Assembly (NCBI RefSeq): GCF_044704955.1
Contig: NC_091993.1
Span: 72,540,001 to 72,604,000, forward strand
DNA from: Pristiophorus japonicus
Lineage: Eukaryota
Length of the DNA: 64,000 nt
Reading direction: 5' to 3'
The position numbers were made by a program, and so were the translations under genes. The notes beneath the pieces are model-generated. The model saw nothing but the letters and a program-made list of their open reading frames with translations. It had not been told where the DNA came from and did no database searches. Each line of letters starts with the position of its first letter. Positions within the stretch are counted from its first letter, which is position 1. This document shows, one piece after another, positions 12,001 through 26,689 of the stretch.

Positions 12001-14779
12001 GTGAGTGGAATTGCTTTTTGCAAAAAGGATACGTCTGTTTGCTTTAATATTGCACTAAGAGCGTGTTAGCGAGGTGGATACTGATGTGCGGATATTGTGT
12101 ATCCGACTGCAACTTGGGACTGGATCTTCCTGGCCATCTACTTTAGCAAATCCCAGCAAGATTACTTTCGGGATGCAATGAGTTGTGCGAGAACCAAACA
12201 TCGGAAGCTGGTGCCAGTAGCACCAGTTTCATGGAACATAAAAGCAGCTTTAAATGCTCTCCAGGTGCTTCTGGGTTGTGAAAAATAATTTATTTTATTA
12301 TAACCGTCTCCAAACTGTGCTGTATAGCAGTAGATTTACAGACCAACAGGCGCTAACTGTCTTCAGCAATATTTTAATTCTAGGAGTTTACATAAAATCT
12401 AGTTTCAAGGCACTACAAAATGATTCCACAGTTACATTTTATACTGGAGCCAGATGTCAAACCAGCTTCAGCTTTGTTGTTGCCATTCAAAATTTTATCC
12501 AGGCCCCTCAAATAATTAGCCTTTATTATATGCCTGTCGCCCTCCATAATGATGCACACGAATACATACGGCAAGGATTAGAAAACAATGACATGCTGCT
12601 TCCTAATGAAGAAGCAGTTTTTTTCTGTCAGACAACACTATATACAAGTCAAAATGGTTTTTATTTAGCCAGTCTTTTCCCCTTCTGTCCTCAGCACAAT
12701 CCCTTGTTGCGGTACAGTTCCATGGGCACCATTCACCCTTTGTGATAACACCCGAGTAGCAGTTCTTCGTGTATCCGACTCATCAGTCAGCACTGGCCGT
12801 TTACTCGACCTTTCTGGTCTGTATCACTCACTTATGTGAGCCTGACATAATGGTTGGTGCTGCATATTTACTTCCATCAAAGCCATCAAATTTGGCTCAT
12901 TATCACTGGTTTTTTAAAATCCTAATTTTATGCACGTGTTAGTTTGCAATACCTAAAGCTCTGATTGGGTCCCCTTGATCACAAGACCTGATTGCTGATT
13001 GGTCCCCTTGGAGGATAAGACTCAGCCTGCAGTTTCTCTGGAATGTGTACTTAGAACCGGCTTGCCTACATAATCGGTGACTTTGCAAAGTGTAATTCGA
13101 GCCATTCTGACTCCAGACAGAATAGATCTCACTTGGAACAGACAGGGCTCACTCTCACGGGTTAAGACCTCCTCCCACCTCCCCAAACAAGTTCCTGCCC
13201 CCACCGCCCAAGTTTCTGACCTCCCCCCCACCCCCCCCCCTCCCCTGCCTGAATTCCTGACCTTCTACTCTTGCCCAAGTTCCCGGCCACCTCCCCCTCC
13301 CATCCCGGGTACCTGACCTCCTGCCCAAGTTCCTCCCCCACGGATTCATGACCTTACTCCCCCCCCCCCCCCCCCCTCCCCCACACCTGTGCCATAGATA
13401 GGGCATTGTGCGTGGGTCGCGGATTGTTAACAGATTTAATTGGTATGAAGTGAATAGTGACAGTGTCATGACTTCTGGATTTCATCCAGTCCAATGATGT
13501 CACTTGCCGAGAAATCAGCCAGGTGTAAAGCGGATGGGTTTGGAAGAATGTGATCTGTTTTACCTTCTAGATCACGTTCTCGCTCTCAACCACCCCCCCC
13601 CAGCCTTTAGACATGGATCACGTTCTTCCCCCCCCCCCCCCCTCCCCATTGTGCTCTCCATGCTCTATGGATTTATAGGCTCCACGGGCAGTTTTCAGAT
13701 GACTTTCCCCATTTCCTTTTTTTTTTCCCCCAGTCTCCTGAATGCACTAGCTTCTGCTGGGTGCGTTTCCACAGTAATATTTTGCCCATGAGAAGTGAGT
13801 GTCCGTGGATTTGACTACAGAGGGTATCGCCGCCTGTCCTGACATCCACATTATCCAGCTGAAGATTCATTTGAAAGCTATCAGGAGTGAGAACTCTGAC
13901 AAGGTAGCGCCCCAACTGCTGCTCCAGATATGACCAGCTCACTTGGCATAGACTGGGAATCAAACTGAGGACATGCTAGTCCATTTGGTTTCATTATACC
14001 CCACGTAGTCCCAACCCATTGAGCCACTTTTTTGAATTCAAAATACCTTTAATGGTGCAGTGGAATAGCGGATTGGACTGTTTTTGTTAATTGCCCTATA
14101 ATTATCTATTTTCCCATCTTTCAGGCTCCCTTGTACTATTTCCCCAGCTTGGGGACAGGCAGTGCTACACAATAAATACTGGGAAATGCTGAAGATCAGC
14201 GTGTGGTGACCTATTTCTCTTTAGTTACTGATTGACACCACCTTCTCTGACAGTCTAACCAAGATCAGAAGCTTGCTGTTCGGAAATGGCTAGCCTAAAT
14301 CCAGCTCACACTCTGGTGTGAAGTTGGTCTCTGAACTTGCCTCTGGGGTGAGAAGGTTGTGATGTTGTGCCCTGTATTAGGGGGTTGAGCTTGATTCCGG
14401 TCTCCTATTGTTACTTCAAGAGGTACAATTGACAATCTGAGTAAAATTACATCGCAAACCACAAAGTAAATCTTTCACAGAATAAACATAAGTTGAAATC
14501 TAACCCAATATTACCAGCGTTATAAAATGCTGTACAGATGTTCCAATAAACTATACCCTGCATCCCCCAACTAAATAACTCCATAAACAGCACAAAGGTA
14601 CAATAAAAGCTTCCCTGTCCTACTCCTTGACTGAGCCAGTACCCCTATGTTCCGTGAGTGCAGGTGGGCAGTTTGTTCCAGACTGTGCAGGAGGAAGTCT
14701 TCCCCCATCCCAGCAGAAGAGTTTTGGTACAGAAACAAGACATGGAAGGGGCTGTTATTAGTATGCCTTTTCATCTTCA

Positions 14780-15220
14780 GGCTCGACTATTCCAAAGTTT
14801 TCCTGGCTGACTTCCCATCCTCTACCCTCCATTAGCTATCCAGAACTCTGCTGCCAGTAACCTACCCTGATCCAAGTTCTGCTCGCCCATCACCCCTGTG
14901 CTCACTGACCTACATTGGCTCTCGGTTCCTGAATGCTTCAAATTTAAATCTCTCAATCCAATGTTTAAATCCCTTCATAACCTTACTCTGTAACCTCCTG
15001 CAGCCCATCATTGGCAACAGTACTTTCAACTCTGGAAATTCCTCCATAAACCCCTCTGCCTCGCCACCTCTCTCTCATTAAGACCATCTGAAAACCCACA
15101 TCTTTAGCTTCCAAATAAATTCTCCTTTGGCTTGGCTTAGCGTTCAATTTTTTCCTTATGCCTTTGAAGCACCTTGGGACTTTTCTCCAAGATTAAAAGG
15201 CATTACATCAATGCAAGTTG
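14780..15220 (+). mobile_element. L2 LINE 3' fragment
   Basis: Similar to 21860-22420 (gactattcc..., catcacccctgtgctc.ctgacctacattggct). Confidence 0.7.
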
Positions 15221-15815
15221 TTGGAGAGGCTGATGTTGCCAGTCCTGTTTTAAATTTAACATTCCTGGTGGTCCAGTAGTAACAGGCAGTGCATGTTGAG
15301 AGACGAAGGCCTATCTCTCGGCTCCTACCGTTCATTCCTGTCTGTCTTGAGTTTGCTGGATACAGCCAATGCTCGGTCCCATGGGCTAGGAATGAGGATG
15401 GAGAACATTAGCCAGAATGCCAACTCCTGGTCATTATTAAGTGGCTTCCTTAGGAAAGTGGGTATATGTGGGTATTAAATGAGACTAGGATTGAGCTTAG
15501 CTGTGCCCAAATAGCCTACTGACACTCACTGTCTCAGCACATGATGGAAGAACGGTTAGTTGCTAGGGGAGGAGGCTGCAGCCCTCAAGTATATATTGTC
15601 TTAGAAATACTTGAAATTAGTCATTTGGTTTTGCACATGCTGAGAGAAACTGGATTCGGAGAATTGGCATCATCAGGAGACAAGTGTATCAGGCCAGTGC
15701 TTGCGCTGTCCTGTAAACAAATGGGTGGCCAATCTTGAACCCAGCAGTAACAATAAATGTTCTCATTTCAGCGCTTGATGAGTAATTAACAGCTCCCTTC
15801 ACTCTCCTTTTTCAG

Positions 15816-15942
15816 CTGGGTCGCATTAGTTAGCAAGAACTACGAGATCGAGAGAGCAATTGTCCAGCTTGAGAGTGAAATAAACAAGATGAAACAACAG
15901 CAAGGGGATGAGAACAAAGAAAACATTCGGCAGGACTTCTGA
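15816..15942 (+). CDS. BCAS2: BCAS2/SPF27 terminal coding exon
   Basis: After the acceptor ctccttttcag it encodes [41 protein letters not shown], matching the BCAS2 C-terminus. Confidence 0.95.
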
Positions 15943-16350
15943 GGGTGGAAAAGAAACTGCCAACCCCCTTTTGTTCAGAGCATGCTGTCTTCAAAGTGGA
16001 CTTACACTCCTGTTTGTACACTAGTTGCAGTAACGATGCAGGCAGGTTTTTTGGTTTAAGAAAATGTCGATGTTGTATTTCATGTATGCTTTGTATTGAG
16101 TAGAACAGTATTCTGTAATCCCAAGTTTGAAGTAGCCCAGACCCATTTTATTTGGCCTGCCGCCTTTCCCCCACACACTAGTTAACTGTCTAATATTATG
16201 TACATTTGGCAACTAGGGTCGTTAAACACTTTGTTTTTAACCAACATACCAATGGAGGTTTTCATACCAATCTATTCTCAGGACAAATTAATTATCTGTA
16301 GCAAAGTCTTAGTAGAGTTTATATTACATTTTTATAGTTGAATATTTACA

Positions 16351-16356
16351 AATAAA
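16351..16356 (+). promoter_or_regulatory. Candidate BCAS2 polyadenylation signal
   Basis: AATAAA about 410 nt after the stop codon, followed by GT/T-rich sequence. Confidence 0.55.
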
Positions 16357-17519
16357 ATGTTAGAGTTAAGTGTGCTAGTTATTTGGTTTTCTATCCGGTT
16401 AGGTGGCTGGTTATTTATTAACATTCTTTGTTCTAGTTAGGTTGCGTATTCATCTGGAAAAAGTCATGGTGTTCTTTTGATCAAAGTGTTTTTCAGAAAA
16501 CCTGGCTGAATACAGTCTTGGACTGCGCACATGCTTCTAGGAAGCCATCATCAATAGTCTCAGTAGGACTATGAATTGTCTTTTTCCCACAAGTACATCA
16601 AGCACCCATTGCTTCCTGAGGCACTGAAAGCTTATTGGAATCGAATGTCCTTAAGAAAACCTGATCTCCAATGCTCCCGATGCATATAGGACTATATAAG
16701 ATCCAATTAGCTGATCATTCTGACAGACCAAGAGTATACTCTACATGTTAGTGAGGGCCTATTCCATATTGATGAGCCCACAACCAATACAGCTGGGTCA
16801 GCTCAGTAAACCTCTAATAACTGTTAATGGCTTGAAATTCCACTTGTCACTTATCACTGTCTCTGACCAAGTTGGAACAGCACGATGGACTCTTCTGTTA
16901 CATCCTGTCCCTGTGAACTGTGAGCTGAGATGAGCTGTCTGCAGTAAATACAGACTCTTGACAAGCCACATCTCTTGGGACCATCTGAGCATTGTCTCCT
17001 TGAAATAGAAGTACTACATCAGAGTGATCTGCCACCACTCTGCGTAGGAGACTTTTTACCAGAGTAATTATGTTAGGAACAGTTTCTATCCCATGGAGTA
17101 AATTGCTTATTGCTCAAGCTAAGACAGCTGCTTGTTCCAGCCCTATTGCATGTTTGGTATACAATCAAGGTTACTTCTTTGCAAACACTTCCTTTAAAAT
17201 GCTTCCAGCAACCATTTGTAGATTTTAGATAGTGTCTAAGCAAATTGTTTGCATTCAAGTAATGTGATTGTCAGTTATCTGGCATTCCTTGTAGAATGTC
17301 TTCCATCTCTCCTCACTGACACTTTTACTGTGATGGCTAAGTTGGAGAAAAAGCATGAAAGCAGCATTTTGGTCACTACTTCTAAATGGATAAACAGGCC
17401 CGTAGAGTGCAAAGCAACACCAATGATGAAAAGAATAAAGAAAGATTTGCACTTACTTTTCATGATCTCAGAATGTCCCAAAGAAGTACTTTCGAAGCAT
17501 AGTGACTGTTGTAATTACA

Positions 17520-20500
17520 TAATATTTACAGCACTGAAACAAGCCATTTGGCCCAACAGGTCCATGCCGGTGTTAATACTCCACACGAGCCTCCTCCCAC
17601 CCTACTTCATCTAACCCCATCAACATAACCTTCTATTCCTTTCGCCCTTGTGTTTACCGAGCTTCCCCTTAAATGCATTTATGCTGGTCACCTCAACTAC
17701 CCCTTGTGGTAGCGAATTCCACATTCTAACTAGGTAAAGAAGTTCCTCCTGAATACCCTATTGGATTTATTCATGACTATCTTATATTTATGGACCCTAG
17801 TTCTGGTCTCCCTGCAAGTGGAAACATCTTCTCTAGGTCTTCTCTACCAACCTGTCAAGATCTCTGATAGGTCATCCCTTAATCTTTTTTCTCTGGAAAA
17901 GAGCCCTAGCTTGTTCAATCTTTCCTGATAGGTATAACCTCTCAGTTCTGGTATCATTCTAGTAATTATTTTTTGCACCTTCTCCAGTGCTTCTATAGCG
18001 TATCCATTTTATAATATGGAGACCAGAGCTGTTCACAATACTCCAAGTATGCAAGTATGGTCTAACCAAGGTTCTATACAAGTTCTATCCCTCTAGAAAT
18101 GAACTCCAGTGTTTTGTTTGCTTTTTTATGGCCTTAATAACTGGCATTGCTACTTTTAGTGATTGGTGAATCTGTACCCCAGCTATCTCTGCTCCTCCAC
18201 CCCATTATTTTCCAATGAGTATGTGGCCTCCTTATTCTTCCTACCAAAATGTACCACTTCACATTTGGCTATGTTGAAGTTCATTTGCCAATTACACATC
18301 CATTCTGCAAGTTTATTAATGTCTGCTGTATTTTGTCTCCGTATTCCTCCGTATCAACCCAAAAATATTCGTAAATTTTGAAATTGTACTTCCGATTCTT
18401 TAGTCCAAATAGTTTATATAAATGGTTCCAGCTAGGACGATTGTTGTGTAACACCACTTCTTACTTTTTGACAATCTACATAACTACCTTTAGTCCCTAC
18501 TCTCTGTTTTATGTTTTGTAGCCAGCTTGCTATCCATTCTGCTATTTAACTCCTGACTCCAGTTGTTCTTATCTTAGTCATGAGACTACTATGCGGAACC
18601 TTATCGAAGGCGTTTTAGAAATCCAAATATATTCAACTTCACTGCAGGAGTTCCTCACAGCAGTGTCCTAGGTCCAGCCATCTTCAGATGCTTCACCAAT
18701 TACCTTCACTTCTTCACAAGGTCAGGAGTGGGGATGTGCACTGATGATTGCAGTATTCCATTCCATTCACAATTCCTCATATAATGAAGCAGTGCATGCC
18801 TGAATACAGTAAGACCAGGACAACATCCAGGCTTGGACTGGTAAGTGGCAAGTAACTTTCATGCCACTCAAGCACTAGGCAATGTTGATCTCCAACAAGC
18901 GAGAGTCTAACCACCTCCCCATGACATTCATGGCATTATTATCATTGAATCTGCTACCAACATCTTTGGGATCACCATTGGCTGGAAACTTAACTGGACC
19001 AGCCAATAAATACTGTGGCTACAAGAACCGTGTATTCTGTGATGAGTGACTCATCACTTGACTCCCCAAAGCCTTTCCACCATCTACAAGGCACAAGTCA
19101 GGAGTGATGGAATACTCTCCACTTGCCTGGATGAGTGTAGCTCCAACAACACTCAAAAAGCTCGACACCGTCCAGGACAAAGCAGCCTGCTTGCTCGGCA
19201 CTTCATCCACAACCGGCACACCGTGGCTGCAGTGTGCACCAGCTACAAGATGGACTGCAGCAACTCGCCAAGGCTACTTCAACAGCACCTCCCAAACCTG
19301 CGACCTCTACCACCTAGAAGGACAAGGGCATAGGAACACCACCATCTCCCAAGTTAGGAAGGCAAAGAGAAACTACAAAATTAAATTATTGCGCATGGGA
19401 ACACCACCATTTCCATGTTTCCCTCCAAGTCGTACACCATCTTGACTTGGAAATCTATCACCGTTCCTTCATCATCGGTGGCTCAAAATCCTGGAACTCT
19501 CTACCTAACAGCACTGTAGGAGTACCTGCACCACATGCACTATAGCAGTTCAAGAATGCGGCTCACCACCTTCTTAAGGGCAATTAGGGATGGGCAAGTG
19601 CCAGTGACACCACAACCTGTGAAAGAATAAATAAAAATATGCATATATTATGTCTACTGCATTACCCTTGTCTACCCTTTGTTACTACTTCAAAGAATTA
19701 GTACGGATCATCAAGCATTATTTTCCCTTTTGAAATCCATGCTGACTTTTTTTATATTTTCAGTTTCTAGATGTTTCTCTTTTACATCTTTGAGTAAAGA
19801 TTCCATTATAATTTCTACCACAGACATTAAGCTAATTGGCCTATAGATCCTGGGACTTGTTCTATCTCGCTCTTTAAATATAGGATAACATCAGATTTAT
19901 GGCATAGAAACAGGCCATTTGGCCCAACCAGTCCATGCCGGCATTAATGCTCCACTCGAGCCTCCTCCAGTATTTCCTCATCCAAATCTATCAGCATAAC
20001 CTTCTAATTCCCTTCTCCCTTATATGCTTGTCCAGCCTCCCCTTAAATGCATCGATACTATTAGCTTCGTTAGGAATCTCATTATCTGTCCACCAGTCCT
20101 CTGGCACTATTCCCTTTTCGAATGAATTTTTATATTTATGTACTAGTGACTGCTGTCTCTTTCCCAACTTATTTTATTATGCACGGATGCAATCCATCCG
20201 GATCAGGGGACTTATCCTTTATAATCAATTATTTCCCGCCTATCTATCTTAAATGTGTTTATATCGTTTTTGATCTCTTCTGTCGTGTCCACCATGTAAG
20301 TCTCCCTGGTAAATACCGAGGCAAAGTAATTATTTAATATTTGAGTTTATCGTTTGTATCCGTTCGTGGCCTGTCCTGATTTTTCTTTTGCTCATTATGT
20401 AATTGTAGAATGCTTCACTCTTTTCATATTTCTTAATTTAATTTTGTCGTTTCTCTTTGCCTTCCTAATTGTTTTTTTGACTACTTTCCTAATCTTTTTG

Positions 20501-20650
20501 TATTCCCTTTTGTCATCCTCTCCTTTTATTGTCTATGTACTTAGTTATTTTCTTCAGTTTCAATTTTTGCCTTATTTCTTTCTTCATCCATGGTGTGTTG
20601 TTAGCTAGCTTGTTCGTGCTTTTTAGTGGGATATATTTCTCCTGGACTCA
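17520..20650 (-). mobile_element. Old CR1-type LINE, interrupted by a + strand LINE fragment at about 18640-19630
   Basis: Reverse strand shows decayed CR1 RT and 3' motifs. The nested + fragment has a GVP..SVLGP-like RT motif, MEYSPLAW and an A-rich tail. Confidence 0.65.
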
Positions 20651-20699
20651 ATTGGTCACTGTTTTAAATGTTTCCCCACTGCTGTTCTATTTCTGTTTG

Positions 20700-20890
20700 T
20701 CAGTAAATGTTTCCAGTAATGTAGGAAATACAGCCTCCAATTTGTGCACAGCAAGCTCCCATAAATGACAATGAAATAAATGATCACATCACCCATTTTA
20801 GGTGTCAGTTGAGGGATAAATATTGTCACGACACAGGGAGAACTCCCCTGCTGTTTGAATAGTGCTGTGGGATCTTTTACATCCACCTAG
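20700..20890 (-). mobile_element. DeuSINE fragment
   Basis: Matches the Deu core of the other copies. Confidence 0.65.
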
Positions 20891-21299
20891 TATCTTTCCT
20901 GTTAAAAGGGGCGAATTAAAATCAGGACTTAGTGGTTAGGTGACATCAAGCTTGTGCTTTTAAAGCCTGCCGATTGCAGCTGGCCGAGAGCCCTGGTGGA
21001 GGTTGCTTTTGTCACTTTAGAGATCGGTCTCTCTGCGTGCGTGGCCTGCCAACACATGCTGTCTCAGCTCATACACAAAGAGTGGCCATTTGTTTAAGAG
21101 GGAAGCTGGCACCTGGCTGCCTTTAGGAGAACTGTAAATCAATAACTTATTTCCATGCAATGTTTGGTGATGTGAGTACTAGAACAATCTCCTCTTGACA
21201 CTTGCTCATTTCTGTGGAGTACACTGGAACTTTTTCATGGAAAAGTGCAAATTGGCTTGATCAGAGTTTGATGCTGTATCCATCATTAAAACTCCAGCA

Positions 21300-22420
21300 G
21301 AGTCAAAGCAAATCTCTGCTCCCTCAACTGATCTAAAGTTTGATTACTATTTCAAACCTTCCTCGGTGCATGTATTGATACAGTTGACCACACATCCTCC
21401 TCTACCGTCCAGCTGGGCGGGACTGCATTCTTCTGGTTCCATTATCTATCCAGTCGTATTCAGAGAATGGCTTCTCTTCCTGCTCCTGCACTGTTACCTC
21501 TGGTGTCCCCCAAGGATCTATCCTTGGCCCCCTGCTATTTCTCATGTACATGCTGCCCTTTGGTGACATCATCCGAAACCACATTAGGTACGCTGTCGAC
21601 ACCCAGCTCTACCTCACCATCTTTCTCGACCCCTCCAGTGTTTCTAATTTATCACGCCGCTTTTCTGACGGTCAGTACTGGATGAGCAGAAATTTCCTCC
21701 AACTAAATATTGGGAAGATCGAAGCCATTGTCTTTGAGCTTCCAACTACATATCTGTGCCATCACCAAGACCACCTATTTCTACCTCAGTAACATCACCC
21801 GACTCTGCCATGCCTCTGCTCATCTGCTGCTGAAACCCACATCCATGCCATAGTTACCTCTAGACTTGACTATTCCAACGCTCTCCTGGCTGGCCTCCCA
21901 TCTTCCACCCTCCATAAACTTGAGCTTGTCCAAAACTCTGCTGCCCATATCCTAACTCACACAATGTCCACTTCACCCATCACCCTTGTGCACACTGATC
22001 TATATTGGTTTCCAGTCTAGCAACGCCTTCATTTTAAATTCTCATCCTCATTTTTCAAATTTCTCCAGGGCCTCACTCCTCCCTATCTTTGTAATCTCCT
22101 CCAGCCCTATAACCCTCAAAGATCTCTGTTCCTCCAATTCTGGCCTCTTGCACATCCCCAATTTTAATCACTCCACCATTGGCAGCCATGCTTTCAGCTG
22201 CCTCGGCTCTAAGCTGTGGACTTCCCTCCCTCAACCTCTGCCTCATTACCTCTCTCCTTTAGGATGCTTCTTAAAACCTACCTCTTTGACCAAGCTTTTG
22301 GCCATCTGCCCTAATATCTCCTGATGTGCCTCAATGTCAGATTTTGTTTGATAATGCTCCTGCGAAGCGCCTTGGGATGATTTACTACGTTAAAGCCACT
22401 ATATAAATTCAAGTTATTGT
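21300..22420 (+). mobile_element. L2 LINE, RT to 3' end
   Basis: [38 protein letters not shown] motifs; L2/SINE-type tail. Confidence 0.85.
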
Positions 22421-22808
22421 TTTATTGAAGGCAGAGTGCTGCTTGAAGGATAAATCATACTTGAGGGTTCTGGAATGCTGTTTGAGGTTGCATTATGATA
22501 TCTACAAGGACGGATATACTGTATTGGTTCTTTGGGACCTGGTCCCAATGGCTCATTACCAAACATGTCCGATTCTGTGATCCCACTTTGGGGATTTGCC
22601 AAAATTGGATTTTCCTAACCCACCGTCACTGAAGAATGTCCTTAACCTCCGTGAGGAATAAGATCTAACCTAAAAGTACGTGCAAGCATATGTGGCCACC
22701 TGCCAGGTGAATTTTCTGGAGCAAACTCATTTCATTGGTATGTGAGCGATTGTAGTCTGGTTAAAACATTACAAATTATCAATGCTGATAACGTGGAAAT
22801 CCACACTT

Positions 22809-23650
22809 TGTAATATTGCCTATGGAAATCTAAATCTTTGATTTGCTTTTTACTCAAGAATTTGTAGTAAAATGGAAGACGCCTCTTGAGAACGCATCTT
22901 TGATTTGGTATGAACAGTCAAACTATTGGCGTGCTTTCTAGGAACCAGTCCTTTTTTGTTTTGTGATTTTTTTTTTAGTGATATGGACCATATTAAAATG
23001 CTACTTTTAAGTTCAAGTTTGCGCTCAAGATTAAATTCACAGGACAGCCATGGCCTGGGAATGTCGATAGGAAGTCAAATGAGGTATCTCTCCAGATTGC
23101 TTGAGGCGATGGAGGATTGTTAACAGCACATTAGTGGCTGGAATATTCGCTATTGACAAACAGTAGGAGACGGTTTCTAGGCCGGGAAGTTGTAATCAGT
23201 TTAATTAGCTCCCCTACTGACCAACCTTGGACAAGGATAGGGTCAGAGGTCAACAGCTGGCTTCCTGTACAAGTAGGGAACAGAAGAACCGATTTAGTGT
23301 CAACTTAATGAGACCTGGGAAAGGCAGAAGAAGTCGCAAGAAAAAGCAGTGTCACCTTAAAATGGAGATGCCCAAGCCCAGAGAGTGCCTTGCTCACTGA
23401 CTGGGGAAGTGTGTGTGTATTGTATTATTTCCTTTGTTACAAGAATGATACCGAATTAAGTTGAAGTCCGGTGAGATTTACTACAAATTTTGCTCTTGCT
23501 CGTTCATTTGAGAATTGTAAAATAAACCAGTTTGCTGATTCGACCTTGTCACACTTGAAGTGTTGTTCTGTCCGTCTTTCAAAAGATTGGAGCAGCCCAC
23601 ATGGAGACTAGAGAATTTATCTCGCGTAGCAAGGGGTTTTCATTGTTACA
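22809..23650 (+). mobile_element. Possible old solo LTR
   Basis: TGTAATA...TGTTACA termini and internal AATAAA near 23521; TSD not convincing. Confidence 0.35.
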
Positions 23651-26600
23651 ATTCCTTGGGTCACGCTATCATATAACTTGATATTGGGCACCGAAAGTAA
23701 ACTCCCAATCATAATGAATGCGGGATCCACTTATGGGAGAGACCAGTGTGGCTGAACCCTAAGGAATATCTAGAGCAAACCTGAAATTTTAAGAGCACGC
23801 TTTAAATAATAGCAGGCCAGGCCTCCAGGATGCTTGTATGATTGATACAATAATGTCCACTCCCAGTGCCTTCTCTATGAATACTGACGCCAAGATCCCA
23901 ATATCAGAGCTCCAATGTAGCCAGTGATAAGGAAATAGTGGTCATATTCTCTCAATAGTTTCTTGATTTTTCCCCCAGCTGTCTCCCTGTCTGAATGCAG
24001 AGAAACAATATAACTACACTTTATCTTCTTGCCTAGTACATTCATTGTAGAGTAAAATATTTCACATTGTCAGTAAACCTGTACCATAACGCTGTGCACT
24101 CTTGCTGGCGGGCAGCTTTCTAGGCTGCTAGTGCCCACGCCCACCATTACCTCACCCGCTAGTGTATTAGCCTAGACGGTGAATGCTGGTGGGCTATTCA
24201 ACCATGTTGGGCACTGCGAAGGAGCCTAGTCCTGCCCTCACCATGAAGTCGACACTTTCCAGCAAAACGGTTGCTGAATAGTGTTCAAGAGCCGTGGTTG
24301 GTGTATTTCCTGCCTGGCGCAAGGCCATGGCGGCCAATACCGACTGCAATCATGCAATTCAGAATAGACGAGGAGTTCCACCCGAGACCCACTGGCCCAT
24401 GCAGCTAAATAGCGCGGCAGCTAGTGAGTTTACCCAGTAAAGGGATCAACCAAGCTGAGTTGATTTGAAGTATATCTACCGCACTTTCATGTCACCCTAG
24501 TTCAAGGAGATTGTCACCCCTCTCTTCCCCTTCCTATTCACTGTCCCAGCAGTCCCCATTCTCCAGTTAGAAGCCAAGCTACTAACTCTAGCAGAGGTTC
24601 ACAAGACCTGTGATACAAAGTGCCGCTGGAATAAGGTTGGCCGAGCTGTCTGTTCCCAAGCATAGCCAGCAGTGGGAGAACCAAGGGTTGGCTGCTGACC
24701 TATGCTCAGTACAATAACATCACGGTTACTCGTGGCAACGCACCACAACACAGTGAGGAAACAGGCGTCCACCAATGCTCTTGGAATACAGGAGTGGGCG
24801 AGTCAATGGATTTGGATAATGAAACCCTTCCCGTGGTACTGTTCAGATAGCTGACTGCATGCCATTTAAAAATGGGTGCACTTAAGTGAAACAGTGAAGG
24901 GGGAGGTTCAGTGTAAGGTCACTTCTAATTGATGACTTTCTCAGTCCAGATTCAGAGATGAATTCTTGGCGGCTAAGCCTGTGTTGACATTTCACAGGGA
25001 CAAGCCTGTAACACAACCGTGCTGTAGAAGCTGGCCACAGTGTTAACACAATGGCAGCAGGGTAAACATTTTTAATTAGCGCTTTCAATACGTGCAGATG
25101 GCCAACAACTCGCTTGCCAGGTTTGCCCTATGTACCACATGTGCAACTGGGTGAGCATGTGCCAACCAGCGGGTTTATTAAACATTGACATCAACTATTT
25201 TTCAACAGTGAGCAGGCAATAAAATCACTCTGGGAGGAATGGAAAAAGACCCAAGACTTGCCGGGCGTCAAAGACCTCCTGATAGCAGTGATGAAGTAGC
25301 AGGAGGCATAAATAACGGAGATCAGAGAAGCTTGTTGCAATAGCAGAGGGGTTATAATGGGAGACTTTAATTTCTACATGGACCATCCAGTGATATCAAG
25401 AAGGACTTCACACAAAGGGTAGTGGAAATCTGGCAATCTCTCCCCCAATAGCCTGCTGAAGCTGGGGGTCACTTGGAGCTTTCAAAACTGATTGTTTTTA
25501 GATAAGGTTATCAAGCGATTTAAAACCAAGGCGGGTAAATGAAGTTGAGGTACAGATCAGCCCTGATCTAATTGAATGGCAGAACAGGCTCGAGGGGCTG
25601 AATGGCCTCCTCCTGTTGCTATGTTTTATTTTAAAGCTCCCCTGCTGGCCAGACAGAACAGATGGTCCCACCTTTAATTCTTGGCCTGCTGTTTCCTGAT
25701 CTCAGTCAGGGATGCAGTTTGGGTGCGAGAGTTGGCCTCACTGTTTCTGGCTCTAGGAAGGTGCTCCATTCCTGGTTGCCACCCATTTGCCCCCATTGCA
25801 CGTATGCGAACACTGGGTGAGGACGAGAGCAGCTGTGATGTGTTGTGGTTGAATAGCCTGTCCACACTCTCACTGTGCTTTCCCATGGCCGCTTGGGTGA
25901 AGCAGCAGACAGTAGCTGGCTCTTGTCTGGAACTGAACCCTAGAAAGACCAGTGCCTTTAGGAGAAGAAGGGTGAAACATTAAGTCGTGTGCGTGGCTGC
26001 AGTCTCCTGATTCCGTTTCCCTTTGCAGTCTGCGACGAGCTGAATATGGAGCCCGCAGAGTCCCCATAGCAACCTTATTCAGTATGACTGGACTGTCCTG
26101 CTATTAATAGCGGCGCGCCATTAAATTGCCTGAATCGACTCCCTTCAGTGATCAAAAGCTAATTTGGAAAATAGCGCCAAGATGTCCCGTTTACACAGCA
26201 TGCCCGCAGTGAAGAAACAGCAGGAAATATTAAAGTGAGACACAGTTCGATTACAATACGAACATAGTCCCTTATTAAAAACCCAGTGCTCAAAAGTTCA
26301 ACATGCCAAATGTACTCCACAAGTGTTCTTAAATAGTTGCCAATTCTCTCATTTCAAATTCCACCGAATGTTATGAACTGCACATGGTTTGAGGAGAATG
26401 ATTTAAGATTCAACCCAATGATGACAGGAGGAGTCACAACATAATTTTCACAAGAGAATTTCAGGAATCGATTTAACGATACGACATTGCAGGATTTAAC
26501 AAGTGGACTATTTTCAGAATTTTTAAAGATTAAGTTTTGGGCCACAGATTATATGTATGTTAAATGAATTATTCAGTGTTTAATTTGTTTGCTCTTCTCG

Positions 26601-26689
26601 GGATGCGGAGCTTCTGAGAAATACCATTGCCACATAAACTAAAACTGAAAAACTTACTCTATAAACTGTCTGCATCTCTCTACCTGCCA

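Noticed and set aside
12254-12745. 163-aa ORF
   Set aside because: No recognisable motifs or splice support; intronic.
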